DNA of 64,000 nucleotides from Candidatus Bathyarchaeota archaeon (GTDB lineage: Archaea; Thermoproteota; Bathyarchaeia; Bathyarchaeales; Bathycorpusculaceae), in assembly GCA_963715865.1 (NCBI GenBank), contig OY970280.1, forward strand, positions 224,001 to 288,000, read 5' to 3'. Position 1 is the first letter of the stretch; each line of letters starts with the position of its first letter. A model generated the notes under the pieces. The model saw only the letters and a program-made list of their open reading frames with translations. It made no database searches and was not told the origin of the DNA. Positions 29,699 to 39,376 of this stretch are shown in pieces. Position numbers and translations under genes: made by a program.

Positions 29699-29974
29699 TT
29701 AATCAATGGCTGAACTATTTTGTCGATCCTGCGAACCTTCATGTGGAAAACTATAGGCCCTTGGTAATTCAACTATGAGAACGATTTTCTCTGAAAATGT
29801 TGCTTCGTCCTCTGCCAAGCGTTTTTTAACTTGCCTCCAAACCGCTGGGCAATCCGTGTAATCTGAACCTATAATGCTGCGAATGACATTGTCAACTTCT
29901 TTTCTGTTTTGGCGTGTTACCTCTATTCCTGCTTTCTTAAAAGTCGCTTCAAGATGACGGAAATAACAAGTCAC
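29699..29974 (-). CDS. Hypothetical small protein, possibly with a foreign C-terminal tail
   Basis: MTCYFRHL...CPAVWRQVKKR reads as a compact protein, and the tail runs into the island end. Confidence 0.6.
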   Translation of the reverse strand: MTCYFRHLEATFKKAGIEVTRQNRKEVDNVIRSIIGSDYTDCPAVWRQVKKRLAEDEATFSEKIVLIVELPRAYSFPHEGSQDRQNSSAID

Positions 29975-30127
29975 AGCGCTTCACCAAAAAACATCATAGT
30001 TACAGCACTTAGTAAATTTATTGATGCAGGTTGCTTGCTCGTTTGAGAAGTATTAAATAGTAATAATAATCGTATATTTTGGTATCATGTTATTGTCTAA
30101 CGTTTAAAATGGAGTGGAAAAAACAAA

Positions 30128-31045
30128 GTGCTTGTAACAAACAAGGATTTAATGGTTCCAGCCAGAAAAAACGGTTACGCCGTTGCAGCATTCAACATCC
30201 AAAACATGGAAAGCATGAAAGCCGTTGTGGAAGCAGCAACCGAAGAAAAATCCCCAGCCATCATGCAAATAACGCCAAGCGTCATCAAATACGCAGGATT
30301 AGAATACATCACGACTTTAGCGAAAACCGCCACACAAATCGCTCCTGTGCCAATAGCGATACATCTTGACCACGGAGAAGATTTCGATACAGCCGCGAAA
30401 TGCGTTAATGCCGGGTTTAGTTCAGTGATGATTGATGGCTCGTTTTTAAGTTTCAACGAAAACGTCGCTGTCACTAAACGAGTAGTAGATGTTGCTCATC
30501 CAAAGGGCGTTTCTGTTGAAGCTGAACTGGGCAAACTTGCGGGTGTCGAAGAACGCAGCGTGGAAGAAAGAGAAGCCATACTAACTGACCCGCAAAGTGC
30601 AGTAGAATTCGTGGAGAAAACCGGCGTTGACACACTTGCCGTAGCAATCGGCACATCGCATGGGGCTTACAAGTTTAAAAGCCAAGCAAAAATAGACCTT
30701 GAACGCTTAAAAATCATCAGCCAAAAAATCAGCATCCCACTTGTACTGCACGGCGCATCAAGCGTGCCTGCATGGATAGTTGAGAAAGCAGTCAAATACG
30801 GGGCAACACTAGATGGAGCAAAAGGCGTATCAGAAGACCAATTGCAACAAGCGATTAAGCTGGGCATTGCAAAAATCAACATTGACACTGACTTGCGCTT
30901 AGCCTTCACCGCAACAGTACGCGAAGTCTTAACCAACTCGCCAAAGGAATTTGACCCAAGAAAAATCCTTGGTCCAGCAAAAGACGCTATGAAAGAAGTG
31001 GCTAAGGGCAAAATGCGCCTGTTCGGAAGTTCAGGAAAAGCCTAA
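30128..31045 (+). CDS. fba: Class II fructose-1,6-bisphosphate aldolase
   Basis: HLDHG, SVMIDGS, EAELG, GTSHGAYK, LVLHGAS and KINIDT motifs. Confidence 0.95.
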   Translation: MLVTNKDLMVPARKNGYAVAAFNIQNMESMKAVVEAATEEKSPAIMQITPSVIKYAGLEYITTLAKTATQIAPVPIAIHLDHGEDFDTAAKCVNAGFSSVMIDGSFLSFNENVAVTKRVVDVAHPKGVSVEAELGKLAGVEERSVEEREAILTDPQSAVEFVEKTGVDTLAVAIGTSHGAYKFKSQAKIDLERLKIISQKISIPLVLHGASSVPAWIVEKAVKYGATLDGAKGVSEDQLQQAIKLGIAKINIDTDLRLAFTATVREVLTNSPKEFDPRKILGPAKDAMKEVAKGKMRLFGSSGKA

Positions 31046-31452
31046 ACAACCAACCTCAACCCCCTTTTCATTTGGTTTATAAAAACCTAACAGAATACCT
31101 GCCATGTTAGCGGCAGGATGAAATGCGCACTTTCTAACGGCTTTCTCTGCACCAGGGCTTCCTTTGCCAGGCTGGATTGTTTGAACAAAACTTTTACGCG
31201 ATCGAACATATGTCACTAGCTTTTTAATCTCCGCCAACCGTTCACTTAGGAAAACCGCCAGCTATCATAAACCAATAGTTGCGACTAAAAAATCTAGGGC
31301 TAAGCTGCTTCCAATTATTTCATACATTTGTTATCTCTAGCGCTCGGAAAATCAATAGCCTCTTTATTTGAAGCAACCAATGATTCAGAGGGCTTGCGTT
31401 ATTTCTGGTTAAAGCTTTAACCTGATTGTTACTCCAGCAACTTAGTTTTCTC

Positions 31453-31833
31453 TTATTTCAGCGATTCTTTTAGGGCTGAAAAGTAAGATAGAACCTGCTC
31501 AATTTGCTCTTCAGACATGGACAGAATAGTTTTAACTGCCGCTTTCTGCTTTGGCGATGAAGAAACCGCAAATGTTGCCAAGGCATAATCTAAGCTTGTG
31601 AAGAGTTGTTCCCATGGAATGTTAACTCGTTTACCTTTCAGGTTGTATAAGGCAAGGACGAATGCGCTGGCTCGGCTTAGGCTGTCTTTGAAAGCTTGAA
31701 TTGCTCCACCGATAGCTATAGCATCGTAGTCTTTTCCTGAAAGAAAACTCTTGATTACCCTATAATTTTGTTCTAAATTTTGAATTTCGGCAAAAAGATC
31801 TTGCTTAATTCTTGCTTCTGTATTATCCGGCAT
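31453..31833 (-). CDS. Hypothetical helical protein
   Basis: 126-aa ORF with ATG and an AT-rich upstream region. Confidence 0.7.
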   Translation of the reverse strand: MPDNTEARIKQDLFAEIQNLEQNYRVIKSFLSGKDYDAIAIGGAIQAFKDSLSRASAFVLALYNLKGKRVNIPWEQLFTSLDYALATFAVSSSPKQKAAVKTILSMSEEQIEQVLSYFSALKESLK

Positions 31834-32151
31834 GCTTCATCGCTTTCCTGCATGTAGAAATCAAGTACATAAGACTTTTTTCAAATATTTACTTAATTGT
31901 TTGGTCCTATCTAGGAAAGTAGAGATTAATCCGTTTTTGAACCTATGAACAACGCATTGAACAGGAATGGAGAAATAGGAGTGAAGGGCTTATGATGTCT
32001 TTTAGTCTGTTGATTTTTTAGTCAAGCCCTAGCGTCAAAAGTATGATTACGTTTCCGTCTCCTTAATTTAGTGTTCTTTATCTGAGAAGTTTCGCTTGTA
32101 AAGCTAACCTCAGATTTTCCGTCCATAAAGTTAAAGAGAACAAACTCCGAA

Positions 32152-32484
32152 ATGAATACTGAAAGCAGTCTCAAGGAAATTGAGAGCATGCAAAGGTCAC
32201 TGGAAAATTTAAGGCAGGAGCTTCAAATCTTGAAGCCTACGCTTAAGAAACGCTTTAAAGTTGAAACCATAGACATTTTCGGCTCGTATGCCCGTGGAGA
32301 ACAGACAGAAAAAAGCGACTTGGACCTCCTCGTAACGTGGTCTATTCCAGAAGACTTATTCTTGATATACGATTTACGGCAGTACCTAAAAAGAAAACTC
32401 CATTTGAAAGTGGATATTATAGCTAAAGAATTCCTCAATAAACATATAAAAGAACAGGTAATAGAGGAAGCTGTTCCAGTGTGA
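32152..32484 (+). CDS. Minimal nucleotidyltransferase (MNT) antitoxin
   Basis: FGSYARGEQTEKSDLD matches GSx10DxD. Confidence 0.9.
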   Translation: MNTESSLKEIESMQRSLENLRQELQILKPTLKKRFKVETIDIFGSYARGEQTEKSDLDLLVTWSIPEDLFLIYDLRQYLKRKLHLKVDIIAKEFLNKHIKEQVIEEAVPV

Positions 32485-32849
32485 AGAGAGATCATCTAGA
32501 AAGAGACCCCAAACTCTACTTATCAGAAATCACAGAGTTTATCCAAAGGATTAAAGAATACACCCAAGGGATGACCTACGAGGATTTCCTTAAAAACAGA
32601 CAGACAATTGACGCTGTAGATACAAACGTGCGAAATATAGGTGAGGCAGTTCGTGTCCTCTCAAAAAACAGACAAATCCGCAATCTATTTTACCACTACC
32701 ACATCCCATTCAAAAAACTCTCGGGCATGAGAACAGACCTTACCCACGAATATTTTGCCATGAGCACTAGGGCATTGTGGATTACTGCTACACGCGACTT
32801 AATCAACCTCAAGCTTCAATTCGAAAAAGTCTTACAAGAACTGCAATAA
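32481..32849 (+). CDS. HEPN/DUF86 RNase toxin (HepT-like)
   Basis: YL..I...I, IGEA and R-TDLT-H (Rx4H); overlaps MNT by 4 bp. Confidence 0.88.
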   Translation: MKRDHLERDPKLYLSEITEFIQRIKEYTQGMTYEDFLKNRQTIDAVDTNVRNIGEAVRVLSKNRQIRNLFYHYHIPFKKLSGMRTDLTHEYFAMSTRALWITATRDLINLKLQFEKVLQELQ

Positions 32850-32966
32850 GCAACTTTACACGACAACAGGAAACAGGTGACACGGTTTGTATTCCACCGA
32901 GACGCTTAGATAAAATGTGTAACGTTAGAAAGTTGACTTTACATAAAGGAAAACTCTTAATAGCCT

Positions 32967-35870
32967 ATGAACTTAATCACAAGTTTCATGAGCCAAACCA
33001 AGCAAATCGAGCAGAAATGGCAAGCCAAATGGGAAGCCGCCCACATTTTTGAGGCTGACCCAGACCCGAAAAGAAAGAAAATAATGGTAACTTTCCCATA
33101 CCCATACATGAATGGCCCATTACATGTTGGGCACACTTTTACAGCTTCGCGGGTTGACGCTTACGCTAGGTTCAAGCGGATGCAAGGTTACAATGTGCTT
33201 TGGCCTTGGGCTTGGCATTGGACTGGCCAACCGCTTCTAGGAGCCAGCCAGCGCGTAGCGAGAGGTGACGAAGCTTACATTCGAGTTCTCAGAGAAGTTG
33301 ACGACGTTCCAGAATCGGAACTTAAGAAATTCATTGATCCCTTATACATGGCTCAATATTACACTAATGAGGGGCGCTTAGCCGTTAAAAGCATAGGTTT
33401 CTCAGTGGACTGGCGAAGAGAATTCACCACTGTAATGCCGACTTACCAGAAATTTATCGAATGGCAATACAAAAACCTCAAAGAAAAAGGCTACGTCACA
33501 CGGGGAACGCACCCAGTGGTGTGGTGTCCAAAAGACCAAAGCCCAACAGGAGACCATGACCGCCAAGTAGGCGAAGGCGTCACCCCGGAAGAATACACAC
33601 TAATCAAATACAAGCTGGATGAGCACACGTTTTTGCCAGCGGCAACTTTCCGCCCAGAAACAATCTACGGCATAACAAACATGTGGATAAACCCTGACGC
33701 TACCTATGTTGAAGCAACCGTCAACGGAGAAAACTGGATAATCAGCCAAGAAGCCGCTGAGAAACTCAAAGAGCAAGAAAAGAAAGTACAAGTCAAACGC
33801 TCGTTTAAAGGCAAGGAACTTATTGGCAAAATTTTTGAAAACCCTCTTACGAAAGGCAAGTTTCCAATTTTGCCAGGCTGGTTCGTTGACCCAAAAACAG
33901 CTACAGGCGTCGTTTACAGCGTACCCGCCCATGCACCGTACGATTGGTTAGCGCTTAAGGATTTGCAAGAAAAGCCTGAGGTTCTCAAGGATTTTGGCAT
34001 TGATCCAGAAGCCGTTAAGCGGATTAAGCCTATCTCCATCATTAAAGTCGATGGATTCGGCGAGTACCCAGCAGTTGAAATAGTTGAACAAATGGGCATC
34101 AAAGACCAGCATGACCCCAAAGCGGATGAAGCAACAAAGGCATTATACAAGAAAGAATTCCACAGCGGAATCCTAAAGCAGAATTGCGGACCGTACACTG
34201 GAAAAACCGTTCGAGAAGTTAAAGACACGCTTATTGCAGATTTCCGTAAGCTCGGCGTTGCCGACAGCATGTACGATTTGCCAGAGCAGGTGGTTTGCCG
34301 ATGCATGACCCAGTGCATAGTAAAGATACTTTCAGATCAGTGGTTCCTTGATTATTCTGACCAGCAGTGGAAGGCGAAAGCTAAAGAAGTAGTGGCTCAA
34401 ATGGCGATTTACCCTGACTCAGCCAAGCAATGGTTCAACGTTGTTATTGACTGGCTTAAAGAGTGGGCTTGCGCCAGAACCACAGGTTTCGGAACCCCAT
34501 TGCCCTGGGGAAAAGGCTGGATAATCGAGACGCTAAGCGATTCCACAATTTATATGGCATTTTACACCATAAACAAGCACATAAAACAAAGCGGAATTAA
34601 GCCTGAAGCGTTAAAGCCTGAAGTATTCGATTACATTTTCTACGGCAAAGGCAACCCTGCCGAACTCGAAAAAGCAGTTGGAATAAACGTTGATTTACTA
34701 GATGCAATGCGAGAGGAATTCTTGTACTGGTACCCCTTTGACCTTAGAAACTCAGCCAAAGAACTAGTGCCAAACCATTTGACCTTCTGCATCTTCCACC
34801 ACGCTGTCCTGTTTCCACCCGAACACTGGCCCAAAGCCATAGGCGTAAACGGCATGCTGATGGTTGAAGGAAAACAAATGCACAAGAGCAAAGGCAACTT
34901 CATAACAATGAAAGGCGCCGTTGAAAAGTATGGCGCTGACGCCACTCGCTGCGCGTTGTTACTGGGTGCAGAGGGCATGGATGACCCTGACTGGCGAGCA
35001 GAAAACGTAAGCGACTTGAAAAGCAAGTTTGAAGCACTATCTGGTTTCGCAAGCGGAATAGTCGCTTCTGCCAAAAACCAAGAAGACACGACACTGGAGC
35101 GGTGGCTGCTAAGTAAACTTCAACATCGAATAAAAGAAGTCACAATAAGCCTAGACGAGCTTAAAACTCGAACCGCCTTGCAGATTGCATTGTTTGAAAC
35201 TTGGAATGACCTGCGCTGGTACATCCAACGAAAGGGCAGCAATGATGCTAAAGCGCTGGGTGAAGCGGTGAAAGTTTGGCTTAAAATGCTCGCACCTTTC
35301 GCGCCTTTCCTTTGCGAGGAACTTTGGAGCCAAACTGGCGAGACAGGCTTCATTAGCATTGCTTCTTGGCCCGCGTTTGATGAAGCAAAAGTGGATGTGG
35401 CTGCTGAGGAGCAGGAAAACCTAATAATCGACGTCATGTCAGACACCTCCAATATTCTAAAAGCAATGAAGATTACGCCCAAACGCTTATGCTACTACAC
35501 GGCTGCATCATGGAAGTGGCAGGTGTACCTAAAAGTTTTAGATAAAACCTTAGCTGGAGAAGCAAAAATTAACGAGTTAATGAAAGAATTCGCGGCAGAC
35601 AAGGATTTGAAGCCGCACATGAAGGATATTGCAGGCATGGTTCCCAGAATGATGAAGGCTTTAACTAAACTGCCAAGTGAGAGAAAGGCTAACATGTTAA
35701 AGATTAAAGCTGTGGATGAGAAAGAAATCCTAGCGAGTGCGCTTGGCTTTTTGAAGGAACGCTTCAACGCTGAAGTATCCGTTTACAGCGAAGACGACCA
35801 GAAACGTTATGACCCTAAGCATCGCGCAGTGATGGTTATGCCTTATCAGCCAGCAATTTACATCGAGTAA
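32967..35870 (+). CDS. leuS: Leucyl-tRNA synthetase (archaeal type)
   Basis: PYMNGPLHVGH, CP1 editing domain and QMHKSKGN. Confidence 0.96.
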   Translation: MNLITSFMSQTKQIEQKWQAKWEAAHIFEADPDPKRKKIMVTFPYPYMNGPLHVGHTFTASRVDAYARFKRMQGYNVLWPWAWHWTGQPLLGASQRVARGDEAYIRVLREVDDVPESELKKFIDPLYMAQYYTNEGRLAVKSIGFSVDWRREFTTVMPTYQKFIEWQYKNLKEKGYVTRGTHPVVWCPKDQSPTGDHDRQVGEGVTPEEYTLIKYKLDEHTFLPAATFRPETIYGITNMWINPDATYVEATVNGENWIISQEAAEKLKEQEKKVQVKRSFKGKELIGKIFENPLTKGKFPILPGWFVDPKTATGVVYSVPAHAPYDWLALKDLQEKPEVLKDFGIDPEAVKRIKPISIIKVDGFGEYPAVEIVEQMGIKDQHDPKADEATKALYKKEFHSGILKQNCGPYTGKTVREVKDTLIADFRKLGVADSMYDLPEQVVCRCMTQCIVKILSDQWFLDYSDQQWKAKAKEVVAQMAIYPDSAKQWFNVVIDWLKEWACARTTGFGTPLPWGKGWIIETLSDSTIYMAFYTINKHIKQSGIKPEALKPEVFDYIFYGKGNPAELEKAVGINVDLLDAMREEFLYWYPFDLRNSAKELVPNHLTFCIFHHAVLFPPEHWPKAIGVNGMLMVEGKQMHKSKGNFITMKGAVEKYGADATRCALLLGAEGMDDPDWRAENVSDLKSKFEALSGFASGIVASAKNQEDTTLERWLLSKLQHRIKEVTISLDELKTRTALQIALFETWNDLRWYIQRKGSNDAKALGEAVKVWLKMLAPFAPFLCEELWSQTGETGFISIASWPAFDEAKVDVAAEEQENLIIDVMSDTSNILKAMKITPKRLCYYTAASWKWQVYLKVLDKTLAGEAKINELMKEFAADKDLKPHMKDIAGMVPRMMKALTKLPSERKANMLKIKAVDEKEILASALGFLKERFNAEVSVYSEDDQKRYDPKHRAVMVMPYQPAIYIE

Positions 35871-36053
35871 GCTGCCACTTTTCTCTATTTTGCCTAGTTA
35901 ACAATCGAATGTTGACTTTTATTTTGAGTTGATTTCGCAAATTTAGTTAACTTGCTTTCTTTAAAGAAAACCAGACTTGACTTTTTTGCGAATTTTGCTT
36001 TTCAAAAAAACTTTTATTCGTTTTAAAAATACGTTTGCTTAACAAGCAAAAGG

Positions 36054-37250
36054 TTGCTCGCTATGGATTTTGACCAGAGAGGAATTGCGAAAATTCACGA
36101 TTTCAACATGGACTTCAACACTATGAGCGCTCAGCTTAGAAATTTAGCTCAAGATTATCCCTCAGGCTTAATTATACCCATCATTGAATCTGACTTAAAA
36201 AGCCAAGTGCTAGCGCGAATGGTTAGCGAATTAAACGAGTGCGATTATCTTAAGAAGGTGTTCATTGCTCTTTCGGCTAAGAATCAAGAAAGTTACGAGG
36301 AAGCTGATAGGATATTTGGGAGATTCAAGGTTCCTTGTGATATTATTTGGTGTAATAAGCCTGAAGTTACCTTTGTTCTGGAAGAACTGAAAAAGAAGGG
36401 GCTTGATGTTACTGGTTTATCGGGGAAGGGCAAAGATTTATGGATTGCTATGGGCATCGCTTCGCTGGAACTTCATGCTTTCGCTGTACACGATGCTGAC
36501 ATTCTATATTACTCGCGGATGTTGCCGACTAAAATGCTCTACCCGGTGGTTGAGCCTAAACTTGATTTTTTCTTCGCCAAAGGTTACTATGCAAGAATAA
36601 ATCTTGAGAGCCGAAAAATGTACGGTCGCATATCACGGCTATTTATGAATCCAATTCTTGAGGCTATGCAGGAGAAACTGCTTCACCAATCAAGGTTTGT
36701 TAGCTACTTGCAGTCGTTTAGTTATCCGTTGTCAGGAGAAATCGCCATTTACAGTGACTTAGCCATGAGGCTTAGAATTCCTTGCGATTGGGGCTTTGAA
36801 GTAGGATTGCTATCTGAACTCTACCGGAACACATCTTATGAGCGTATTTGCGAAGTTGATTTGGGCTTCTACGACCATAAACATAAGGAAGTAATAGCCA
36901 ACGGGTTAGTCAGCACAGCTGAAGACAGCCTAGTTACTCTTCTTAGAACGCTGACGGAAATGGACGGCATTGAAGTCTCTCAGCCTTTCCTCCAAAGCCT
37001 ACAGGTAATGTACCGCAAGATAGCTCAAGACAAAATACGGCAGTACCACGCTGACGCAACATGCAACAATTTGGACTATGACAGGCATCAAGAGGAATGC
37101 AGTGTAGATTCCTTATCTGAAGCCATTATTGCTGCTGGAAAAAAGTATTTGGTAGACCCAGCGAAGACGCAATTGCCTGATTGGTTGCGAACAAAGGCAG
37201 CCATGCCTGGCATTAGAGAAAGATTAAGGGAGGCTGTAATTGACGACTAA
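36054..37250 (+). CDS. gpgS: Glucosyl-3-phosphoglycerate synthase
   Basis: GKGKDLW, HDADI, KGYYAR, GRISRL, YPLSGE and DWGFEVG motifs. Confidence 0.8.
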   Translation: MLAMDFDQRGIAKIHDFNMDFNTMSAQLRNLAQDYPSGLIIPIIESDLKSQVLARMVSELNECDYLKKVFIALSAKNQESYEEADRIFGRFKVPCDIIWCNKPEVTFVLEELKKKGLDVTGLSGKGKDLWIAMGIASLELHAFAVHDADILYYSRMLPTKMLYPVVEPKLDFFFAKGYYARINLESRKMYGRISRLFMNPILEAMQEKLLHQSRFVSYLQSFSYPLSGEIAIYSDLAMRLRIPCDWGFEVGLLSELYRNTSYERICEVDLGFYDHKHKEVIANGLVSTAEDSLVTLLRTLTEMDGIEVSQPFLQSLQVMYRKIAQDKIRQYHADATCNNLDYDRHQEECSVDSLSEAIIAAGKKYLVDPAKTQLPDWLRTKAAMPGIRERLREAVIDD

Positions 37251-38007
37251 AACGGTAGTTTTCGCCGATTTAGACGGCACATTCCTTAATGACAAGTACA
37301 ATTACCAAGATACTAAGCCAATAGTTAGTCAACTTGCAGCTTTAGGTGGGTCAATCGTTTTTTGTAGCAGCAAAACCAGAAGCGAAATTGAAGTCTATCG
37401 TAAAGCAGTAGGCATTAACGAGCCGTTTATCGCTGAGAATGGTGCAGCCATTTTTATCCCCAAAGGCTATTTCCCTTTCGGTTACGCTTGCACCAAAACC
37501 GCACGTTACAACATCATTAGATTAAGTACTTCATATGCCACTTTGAGGGAGAAATTGGCTCAAATAAAGCGGAAAACCGCTTCTAAAATTATTGGTTTTG
37601 GAGATATGACTCTTGGAGAATTAGCCCGTGACGCTGGGTTAACGTTGAAGTTGGCTAAATTAGCTAAAAAACGAGAGCATGATGAGCCATTTCGTATAGT
37701 TGAGGGAAACAAAACAAGTATTCTAAACGCCATAAGAAACGAGGGATTACATTGCATTGAAGGCGGCAGATACTTGCATCTCACAGGAAACACGGATAAA
37801 GGAAAAGCAGTAGCTATCTTGAATAACCTATACTGCCAAATGTTTGGAAAGGTTGATACAGTTGGGATAGGCGATGGACCCAACGACTTGACAATGTTGA
37901 AAGTGGTTGATAGACCATTTTTTATTAAGAAAAAAGCTGGCGTAAACTCAAGTTTTATTGCATGGAAGAGAATCCTGCAGCTCATTGGCAGTAAAGCTAT
38001 TGCCTAA
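37240..38007 (+). CDS. mpgP: Mannosyl/glucosyl-3-phosphoglycerate phosphatase (HAD IIB)
   Basis: DLDGT, CSSKT, ENGA, GGRYLH, DKGKA and GDGPND motifs. Confidence 0.85.
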   Translation: MTTKTVVFADLDGTFLNDKYNYQDTKPIVSQLAALGGSIVFCSSKTRSEIEVYRKAVGINEPFIAENGAAIFIPKGYFPFGYACTKTARYNIIRLSTSYATLREKLAQIKRKTASKIIGFGDMTLGELARDAGLTLKLAKLAKKREHDEPFRIVEGNKTSILNAIRNEGLHCIEGGRYLHLTGNTDKGKAVAILNNLYCQMFGKVDTVGIGDGPNDLTMLKVVDRPFFIKKKAGVNSSFIAWKRILQLIGSKAIA

Positions 38008-38118
38008 TTTTCTCCACCTTTTTGGCAGACAAAGGCACGGCGTCCAGACCTCGAGCAAGCGTCAAAACTTAAAAGGGAACAACATAACATTTAGATTGTT
38101 TAACAGAAGATTCGTGCA

Positions 38119-38418
38119 ATGAAGACGTTAGAGGAAATAAAGGCTCAGTTAGAAGAGCTTAAGCCAATTCTTAAAGAAAGGTTTCAAGTGGAAACCATAG
38201 GGGTATTCGGATCTTATTCCCGTGAAGAACAGAAGAAGAAAAGTGACGTAGACATTCTCGTTACTTTTGTTGAGCCAAATGATATTGACCTTTTGGATTT
38301 CATTGAAATTAAGCAGTTCTTAAGACGAAAACTGAATACGAAAGTTGACTTGGTAACGAAGAACGCCTTAAAGCCCAGAATTAGAGATAAAATTCTTCAA
38401 GAGACGATTTACGTTTGA
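38119..38418 (+). CDS. MNT nucleotidyltransferase antitoxin (orphaned)
   Basis: FGSYSREEQKKKSDVD motif. Confidence 0.9.
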   Translation: MKTLEEIKAQLEELKPILKERFQVETIGVFGSYSREEQKKKSDVDILVTFVEPNDIDLLDFIEIKQFLRRKLNTKVDLVTKNALKPRIRDKILQETIYV

Positions 38419-38552
38419 CCAGAGACATTAAACTCTACCTCGAAGACATCTCTAACGCCATTAAAGAACGCCATGTTCTTGTTCGGTTATGGTTTAGCCT
38501 TTCCTTCCAGCCATACGTCTCGCATGCTATGATAATTCAGGTTAACTGTTAA
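38415..38552 (+). pseudogene. Truncated HEPN/DUF86 toxin remnant
   Basis: TTG overlapping the MNT stop gives MTRDIKLYLEDISNAIKE (compare RDPKLYLSEI at 32481), then unrelated sequence and a stop; no Rx4H motif. Confidence 0.7.
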
Positions 38553-38618
38553 AATTGGTTTTGCCACTCTGGATTGAAATTAAGTTGTAAATAGGCGGTC
38601 AGTTTCAAGTGCTGACGT

Positions 38619-39017
38619 TTAATTGCTTACTTCGGCTGGTTCTTCCCGGTTTTTCATTTTCTCTTCCAGAAGCATCAGCAGTTCCTGAGGCTTCACAGGT
38701 TTAACCAAGTAAGCATCTGCGCCTTCGTCAAGTGCTTTAACGCCGGTTTCTAGGGATGGGAAACCAGTAATCATTATTTTCACGGTGTGCTGAAGTTGCC
38801 TTTTGAGTTTAGCAAGTAAATCTGTGCCATCCATGTCTGGAAGCCTAATGTCAACCAATGCAAAGTCATAATTATGATTTTCAGCTTTTTCCACGGCTTC
38901 TTTTCCAGTTTCCGCAACATCAATTTCATAGCCGCTTTTTTGAAGAATACGCGTGAACGTTCGAAGTATCGACTTGTCATCGTCAACAACAAGTATTGTT
39001 TTCTTTGATGCTGCCAC
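38619..39017 (-). CDS. Stand-alone response regulator receiver domain
   Basis: VVDDD, LVDIRLPDMDG, ITG and KP motifs. Confidence 0.92.
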   Translation of the reverse strand: MAASKKTILVVDDDKSILRTFTRILQKSGYEIDVAETGKEAVEKAENHNYDFALVDIRLPDMDGTDLLAKLKRQLQHTVKIMITGFPSLETGVKALDEGADAYLVKPVKPQELLMLLEEKMKNREEPAEVSN

Positions 39018-39376
39018 TTTAACACACTCCTTTTCTCAATTTGACCGCTGGCTTTCTTCAACCTTCGCTTAAGGTTAGTTATTATAAGGCATCAGCGGCA
39101 TTGCGACGCCAAACCAAACTTGTCGTGATTGATTTGGCAACAAAGACTTACCCTTGACCTTTGGGTAATTCTACAAATGTTTTTCGAGACTAATAAACGC
39201 TATCCCCTTTGAAAACGCTCCAATGTCAACTAATAATTACAAATATGGACAGAGACAAGAAATTTTACATACCTTGGGGTGCACACTTGGAAATTTTTGT
39301 TAGATCTTGTGCGTTAACAATAAAGTTATAAAAAGGAGTAACGTTTGAATAAAGTGCGAAGGTCTGAAAACGATAA

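Larger units (their letters stand above)
20081..29790. mobile_element. Horizontally acquired cassette or genomic island with no mobility gene inside; boundaries approximate
   Basis: Lies between the fba repeats, opens with a truncated reading-frame tail, and carries defence-type genes. Confidence 0.6.

Noticed and set aside
31031-31237. 68-aa minus-strand ORF after fba
   Set aside because: No recognisable motif, a TTG start, and it runs through the fba terminator region; could be a gene fragment.
31407-31422. Perfect 16-bp palindrome GGTTAAAGCTTTAACC
   Set aside because: Single, AT-rich and with no clear target; not enough to call an operator.
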